Source: a virus. Taken from it: DNA of 64,000 nucleotides. The position numbers and the translations under genes are program-made. Of the stretch, positions 58,950-64,000 are shown one piece after another. Below the pieces are notes generated by a model. That model was not told where the DNA came from, made no database searches, and worked only from the letters and a program-made list of their open reading frames with translations. The stretch covers positions 54,056-118,055 of IMG/VR virus record IMGVR_UViG_3300044729_002129; one strand, written 5' to 3'. The first letter of the stretch is position 1; each line of letters starts with the position of its first letter.

Positions 58950-59441
58950 TTAGTATTGGAGAATACAATAATCTGGTTGAATAGTCATGCTGATTGTTAC
59001 AGCATCACCATCGTTGGACCAATCCAATTCATTGAAGGTAGCTTCGGTGATAAAGGCACCCTTGAGTGTCCATTCTTCTACCTTATCACCAACTGGACCT
59101 AGAACATTGATGGTCAAGTCCTTCTTATAGAAGTCTTGATAACCATCACGACCAGTTACAGATTCGTGGTGTAGACGTACCCATTCCATTACAGCTTGAG
59201 CACCAGATGGTACGATTGGATCATATAGTTCCAATGTCATTGTACCCCAAGTGGTCTTACCTTTGTAGTAGGTCTTGATGTTGATGTGGTCCAATTCTTT
59301 TGAAGCTTGTGTAATTTTTGGACGATCACATTTCTTGATGACGAAAGATGGGATACCATCAACGTATAGAATAAATCTATTTTTTACCTTTGGTTCAAAG
59401 GCTGTATAAAAAATTTCTGATGGATTTAGTAGTTCTGCCAT
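58950..59441 (-). CDS. Tail tube protein (gp19-like)
   Basis: FEPK..NRF, LYDPI.PSGAQAVMEW, GY.DFYKKD, EEWTLKGAF. Confidence 0.9.
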   Translation of the reverse strand: MAELLNPSEIFYTAFEPKVKNRFILYVDGIPSFVIKKCDRPKITQASKELDHINIKTYYKGKTTWGTMTLELYDPIVPSGAQAVMEWVRLHHESVTGRDGYQDFYKKDLTINVLGPVGDKVEEWTLKGAFITEATFNELDWSNDGDAVTISMTIQPDYCILQY

Positions 59442-59468
59442 ATGTTTTTTCCTTTAAGATTCTTATTT

Positions 59469-59475
59469 ATAAATA
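59469..59475 (-). promoter_or_regulatory. TATTTAT putative late promoter (representative of at least 11 copies)
   Basis: Same motif just upstream of start codons at 4856, 29513, 30706 (+), 36658, 47019, 54720, 57032, 58885, 59469, 60674, 62668. Confidence 0.65.
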
Positions 59476-59504
59476 TAGTAAAGTTTCAATATCTAATGTT
59501 TTTT

Positions 59505-60668
59505 TTATATTTTATTGATCTCAGCATCGTAAACCGATTTTACGTTTTGTCTTAGTTTGGAAATATATCCTGTTGATCTTAGTAATTTGAATACCAGATT
59601 TTCAACACTATACTCACCACCACTACTTAATCCAGCTTCTCTCATGTCATATAAACGTTTAATAACGGTCTTCATTAAGTCTACATCACCTTGGTTTATA
59701 GCTGTATTGATCATCTCTACATACTGACTATATTTCTTCTTGATAGTTTCTTTGTCAACCTGAATATCTTGGTAATTTGGCTTTTTAACCCATTTATTAT
59801 TAAGAACACTATATACAGCCTGACTTCTGTTTACATCGTTTATATCTTGTATATAAACTTCTATTTGATGATCTCCAATATGAATATCATGTTCTTGATT
59901 CCACTTGTTTTTCAACGCATCAACATATTTCTTAACCAACTCTTTATTTGGATCAATTTTGCTGAAATCTACTAGTATGTGTAGATCCATATCACTGGTT
60001 GGAGTCCAGTTATATCCAGCAGTACTTCCCAAAAAGTATATGTCTTCAATAGGCACATTAAGTTCTGTATCTTTGTAAAAAGCATTAGCAACCTTCAACA
60101 TTTTGTCTACCACTTCGGGTTTTAAAACATCACCATTCCAAATTTCTGGATTCAAAACACTATTATAAATTCTATGTTTTTCTTTAACTCCAAGTATTTC
60201 TTTCAACTTATTAATGGTACTAACCGCATCAGTATGAAGTATACCAATACCTCCAGCCTTATTAAACTCATCAATGGTGTTTGGTTTGTCATCGATTAAG
60301 ATAGTATCAGATTTAGCATAATTAGCCTTATCCTTACGGTGCGGTACCAAATTTGGCTTAGCTGTTATATTGTTATTTTTTAACCAAGTTAATTTACCAT
60401 CAACTGCACCTTGATCAGTTGCGTGACTTAATATTTCTATGGGTAAGTCTTTTAAAAAATTATACAATAACTTACCATCACCCATCCAATCCATGGTTGC
60501 ATAAAAATCAGGACTATTCTTTTTTACAAACTCATAACGCTTTACAGGTCCATGTTCAGCTTCATAAGTTTCTACAGGTATGCCACCACTATAACGCTTA
60601 AACTGCTTTTCCCAGTCAGTAAGCACACCATCCATATCCACGTAAATCTTATACTTGCTATTAATCAT
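59505..60668 (-). CDS. Fusion of a HAD 5'(3')-nucleotidase-like domain and a Pol-beta-type nucleotidyltransferase
   Basis: N-terminal VDMDGVL...LIDD...GGIGILH; C-terminal LGS.AGYNW...SDMDLH, EVYIQD. Confidence 0.8.
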   Translation of the reverse strand: MINSKYKIYVDMDGVLTDWEKQFKRYSGGIPVETYEAEHGPVKRYEFVKKNSPDFYATMDWMGDGKLLYNFLKDLPIEILSHATDQGAVDGKLTWLKNNNITAKPNLVPHRKDKANYAKSDTILIDDKPNTIDEFNKAGGIGILHTDAVSTINKLKEILGVKEKHRIYNSVLNPEIWNGDVLKPEVVDKMLKVANAFYKDTELNVPIEDIYFLGSTAGYNWTPTSDMDLHILVDFSKIDPNKELVKKYVDALKNKWNQEHDIHIGDHQIEVYIQDINDVNRSQAVYSVLNNKWVKKPNYQDIQVDKETIKKKYSQYVEMINTAINQGDVDLMKTVIKRLYDMREAGLSSGGEYSVENLVFKLLRSTGYISKLRQNVKSVYDAEINKI

Positions 60669-60797
60669 TTATAATAAATATTAGCTAGCTAAGCGCTTGT
60701 TGTGCTTATTTAACTTAAAATATTAAAGAAGAATAAAGAAGATTAATAACGTACAGCGCTTGCATTTGCTTATACTTTATATAAACAGGATGTCAAT

Positions 60798-61076
60798 TTA
60801 TTTTAAATTAGGCTTGAATGTGCCATCTTTTAAATTAAGGCTGCCATCACCATACTTTTCAGCCAATGTATTAATAAGCTTTTGTTCAACTGCTTGCAAT
60901 TCTTGCCATTTCTTAAGCACCTCAGTACGATTATTTTTAATTTCATCAATCACATTTTGTGCATTAATTTCATCAAGCTGTAATTGACCAAGCGCAAAGA
61001 TCTTTTCTTGATATGAATCTTGAAGAGTTGCGATTTCAAGCATTTCTTGTTCAGTAAATTTAATTGTATTATCCAT
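60798..61076 (-). CDS. Coiled-coil phage hypothetical protein
   Basis: KFTEQE...KYGDGSLNL.DGTF pattern. Confidence 0.65.
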   Translation of the reverse strand: MDNTIKFTEQEMLEIATLQDSYQEKIFALGQLQLDEINAQNVIDEIKNNRTEVLKKWQELQAVEQKLINTLAEKYGDGSLNLKDGTFKPNLK

Positions 61077-61080
61077 AATA

Positions 61081-61353
61081 TTATTTTTTAACAGTAGTTA
61101 TTAATTCTTGACCAACCATCACACTTGGTGTTATATTGACGTTATCTGTGGGTGGCTGATTAGAAAACAAATTTGGTAAATCATCGGTGGTCGATGACGA
61201 CAAAACATTTGCCGCACGACGACGAGATAATTCAATTCTCAACAAGGACAAATCCTTCTGAAGAAATTCTATTTGTTCAAGGATATCAAACCCAAATGAT
61301 TTTAATTCAGCGTCAGAATATTCAAATATTGGTTTCTTATTAGAATCAATCAT
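61081..61353 (-). CDS. Hypothetical protein
   Basis: Short coiled-coil ORF packed in the operon. Confidence 0.55.
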   Translation of the reverse strand: MIDSNKKPIFEYSDAELKSFGFDILEQIEFLQKDLSLLRIELSRRRAANVLSSSTTDDLPNLFSNQPPTDNVNITPSVMVGQELITTVKK

Positions 61354-62374
61354 ACTTTATATATAGATCAATAACTTTACTTATGTTTTTTATAAATGAC
61401 TCTTTGGTGTAAATACATGCGTCCTCTGAGGCTTGTTTTCCTTTAGAAACAACAATCTCTTGGTTATCGTAACAATACTTCATCATCTCCATAAACTCGT
61501 CTTCTTTAAATTCCGACCATTTACCGCCATAATCTCCCCAGTAATTTTCACTATAAACTTCGTCATAACCAACCTCAAAGTTGTTTTCTTTTTTAACAAA
61601 TTCAGATAAACCACCATAATTTGTATATATAATAGGTCTGCCACAACACATACTTTCTTGTTGCATCATCCCCCACCCTTCACATGTAGCACCACTTAAA
61701 TAAACATCTATGTTGTAATACCAGTCACGAAGACTAGATTTTGACAATCTCTGTGATACATACTTTATTTTATTGTCAAATGTCTTTTGTATAACTTCGT
61801 TGGTTTTTACATGCAATTCAACATTATTATAACCTTTAAAAGCTTTTAGAAAACACTTGGTGACTTTAGCTAAATTCTTACGTGGATCTTCGTTAGAAAT
61901 ACCAAAAACAAACTTTTTATTAGGAATGTGTTCTTTATATGTAAAAAAATTCGTGTCACAAAACAAAGGTATAACATCGATTTTTGCAGTTAAACCTTGA
62001 TTTATAAAGTTGTTTTTATTATAATGATTAGGTACACATATATGTCTGTATTTATTCAGTACTTCAATCATCAAATCGTTAACTCGCGTACTTTCCCACA
62101 TTGTGTACAAAACGCGGGGCCTGAAAAAATCCATTTGCAAAAATATATTTGATGATCCCAAATCATTAGTCAAACTCAATAAACTAAAATCCAATAAATT
62201 GGGATCTACATTCTTAGAATTTTCAAAACAATGCAAAAACTCAGAACTTATTATACTATATGTTCTTGGAATAATATTATATCCATTCTGCGGTAAATTC
62301 TCTATCAAAACCCTCAAAACCTCACCATACCCAGATGTAAAATTATAATAAGAACTTAATGTAACACTTTTCAC
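61346..62374 (-). CDS. GT4-like glycosyltransferase
   Basis: SGYG, YTMWES, PRKN, EGWGM..QESMCCG.P.I.TNYGG. Confidence 0.87.
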   Translation of the reverse strand: MKSVTLSSYYNFTSGYGEVLRVLIENLPQNGYNIIPRTYSIISSEFLHCFENSKNVDPNLLDFSLLSLTNDLGSSNIFLQMDFFRPRVLYTMWESTRVNDLMIEVLNKYRHICVPNHYNKNNFINQGLTAKIDVIPLFCDTNFFTYKEHIPNKKFVFGISNEDPRKNLAKVTKCFLKAFKGYNNVELHVKTNEVIQKTFDNKIKYVSQRLSKSSLRDWYYNIDVYLSGATCEGWGMMQQESMCCGRPIIYTNYGGLSEFVKKENNFEVGYDEVYSENYWGDYGGKWSEFKEDEFMEMMKYCYDNQEIVVSKGKQASEDACIYTKESFIKNISKVIDLYIKYD

Positions 62375-62379
62375 TAAAA

Positions 62380-62661
62380 TTATATGTTGGGTATATAATA
62401 TGAATTCAACACATTCGTATTTGAACTAAGTAACTTGTTTGCAGATACAGATATAGACCCACTCATCAAAGAAAACGCAAGATCAACACACTCTTCAACA
62501 CTTTTACCTATACATTGTGATCCAGTTAATTGAATGCAATGTGATATCTGTTCACCAACATTATCCTCACGTTCAACACTAAAACATATCACTTTTTTAA
62601 GAATATGCAAGTCATCGTTAAGTGTGTCACATCTAGCTATTCTAAATCTTATTCCATCCAT
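62380..62661 (-). CDS. Hypothetical protein
   Basis: TATTTAT motif upstream of ATG 62661. Confidence 0.55.
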   Translation of the reverse strand: MDGIRFRIARCDTLNDDLHILKKVICFSVEREDNVGEQISHCIQLTGSQCIGKSVEECVDLAFSLMSGSISVSANKLLSSNTNVLNSYYIPNI

Positions 62662-62680
62662 ATACAAATAAATATGTGGA

Positions 62681-64000
62681 TTATGAATAAACAGCGATAT
62701 AATATTGACCTGCTGTAAACGTATTTGCGCCTGAATTTGACACAGTGTTATTTATATATATACGAACATATCCTGCCAATGTTCTACCACTACTACTAGT
62801 TGTAGCAATACCATTACAATTAGCTATTGATAAAAAGTTGTTTCCAGTACCTTCACCATAAACATATAGTCTACCATTAGCGTCAGGAGTAGAACCAATG
62901 CCAGTACGTAAATTTGAATTTAATATTATACCATCACTATTATTTATACGCATAGTCAACGCAGCACCTGATCCAGCGTTTACATATGTATTACCATCTG
63001 TAAATTGAAGTATAGCATACGTTCCAAATGAAGCAAAATTCAAAGATTCATTTCCCCAGTAAGCATAACCCGCTGCTGCTGGCCAGGTTCCTGTTTTTAC
63101 TTTTCCTACTCTTAATTGATCAGTCACATCCAAAGGTAATGTAGGTGATGCAACATTTATACCCAATCTACTATTTGTAGTATCATGATATAAGAATGTA
63201 CTATCTTTCAGAGTTGTAGATGATGTTGAATATATTACTCTGTTGTTTGCAGTAAATGACCCACCACTTATACCACTTGTACCAGCTGGAGCAGATAAAC
63301 CACTTGTACCAGTAGATCCAGTTGTACCACTGGTACCAGCTACACCACTTGTATTACTACCGGCCGCACCACCATTGCCACCAGATAGACCCGCAGTACC
63401 ATTTGTGCCAGTAGATCCAGTGCTACCACTTGTACCACTTGTGCCGCTTAAACCACTGGTTCTGCTTAAACCACCTGCACCATTAGCACCATTGTTACCA
63501 CTTGTACCAGTAGATCCAGTGCTACCACTTGTACCGCTCGTACCAGATACACCGCTGAGTTGACTTAAACCATTACCACCATTGCCGCCAGCTGCACCTG
63601 AAGTACCATTTGTACCAGTAGATCCAGTGCTACCACTTGTACCACTTGTACCGCTTAAACCACTAGTTCTGCTTAAACCACCAGAACCATTAACACCACC
63701 CACACCAGCAGTACCATTTGTACCAGTAGATCCAGTGCTACCACTTGTACCACTTGTACCGCTTAAACCACTAGTTCTGCTTAAACCACCAGAACCATTA
63801 ACACCACCCACACCCGCAGTACCACTTGACCCAGTGCTACCACTTGTGCCGCTTGTGCCACTTACACCACTAGCTTGACTCAAACCACCAACACCACCCA
63901 CACCCGCAGTACCATTTGTACCAGTAGATCCAGTGCTACCACTTGTACCACTTGTACCGCTTAAACCACTGGTTCTGCTTAAACCACCAGAACCATTAAC
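62681..64000 (-). CDS. Gly/Ser/Thr-repeat tail fibre-like protein (5' end outside the window)
   Basis: Frame stays open to the window edge; G-x-x repeats followed by RLGIN..SP..PLDV and RTGIG fibre-type motifs. Confidence 0.78.
   Translation of the reverse strand, partial: VNGSGGLSRTSGLSGTSGTSGSTGSTGTNGTAGVGGVGGLSQASGVSGTSGTSGSTGSSGTAGVGGVNGSGGLSRTSGLSGTSGTSGSTGSTGTNGTAGVGGVNGSGGLSRTSGLSGTSGTSGSTGSTGTNGTSGAAGGNGGNGLSQLSGVSGTSGTSGSTGSTGTSGNNGANGAGGLSRTSGLSGTSGTSGSTGSTGTNGTAGLSGGNGGAAGSNTSGVAGTSGTTGSTGTSGLSAPAGTSGISGGSFTANNRVIYSTSSTTLKDSTFLYHDTTNSRLGINVASPTLPLDVTDQLRVGKVKTGTWPAAAGYAYWGNESLNFASFGTYAILQFTDGNTYVNAGSGAALTMRINNSDGIILNSNLRTGIGSTPDANGRLYVYGEGTGNNFLSIANCNGIATTSSSGRTLAGYVRIYINNTVSNSGANTFTAGQYYIAVYS
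63270..64000 (-). repeat. Imperfect ~108-bp tandem repeat (36-aa unit)
   Basis: Unit GLSRTSGLSGTSGTSGSTGSTGTNGTAGVGGVNGSG repeated with variants; internal 9-bp ACCACTTGT repeats. Confidence 0.9.

Noticed and set aside
682-62348. Many 60-135 aa ORFs nested in or antisense to long genes
   Set aside because: They overlap well-supported genes and show no motifs or translation signals
63243-63878. Plus-strand Pro/Val-rich ORFs
   Set aside because: Antisense shadows of the Gly/Ser/Thr repeat
1-64000. Stop-codon reassignment, as seen in some large phages
   Set aside because: Core genes are full length in the standard code, and TAA, TAG and TGA all end genes at sensible positions
63270-64000. Tandem repeats as a CRISPR array
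   Set aside because: The repeats are codon-periodic, lie in an open frame and have no unique spacers
1-64000. tRNA, rRNA, integrase or transposase genes
   Set aside because: No cloverleaf or T-loop signatures in the short intergenic gaps and no recombinase motifs recognised; a tRNAscan/Infernal run would confirm

Overview
This window is a gene-dense, AT-rich segment of a large lytic T4-like (myovirus-type) bacteriophage genome, read in the standard genetic code. It has five parts. (1) Replication, repair and nucleotide genes: sliding clamp (partial), family B DNA polymerase, clamp-loader small subunit, DnaB/gp41 helicase, 5'-3' exonuclease, RecA/UvsX, gp32 SSB, a second short family A polymerase, class Ia NrdAB, dUTPase, dNMP kinase, UvsE and a Cas4-like nuclease. 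(2) A ~19 kb co-directional operon (5836-25777) with about 13 soluble glycosyltransferases, 5 SAM methyltransferases, a sugar dehydrogenase and an amidotransferase; it is headed by a ribbon-helix-helix gene and a perfect 20-bp palindrome. (3) A DUF4338-like gene and a MoxR-vWA pair. (4) A tail module: hub, LysM-like protein, tube initiator, tape measure, a chaperone with a probable +1 frameshift extension, and tail tube. (5) The 3' part of a Gly/Ser/Thr-repeat fibre gene, with another glycosyltransferase two genes downstream. Two promoter classes are visible: sigma70-like TTGAC-N16/17-TAnnnT sites, and a TATTTAT motif just upstream of late-type genes. The best candidate for an undescribed system is a phage-encoded, methyl- and amide-decorated glycan pathway, possibly acting on Ser/Thr-repeat virion fibres. 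All product calls come from motif recognition by eye; no database searches were run.
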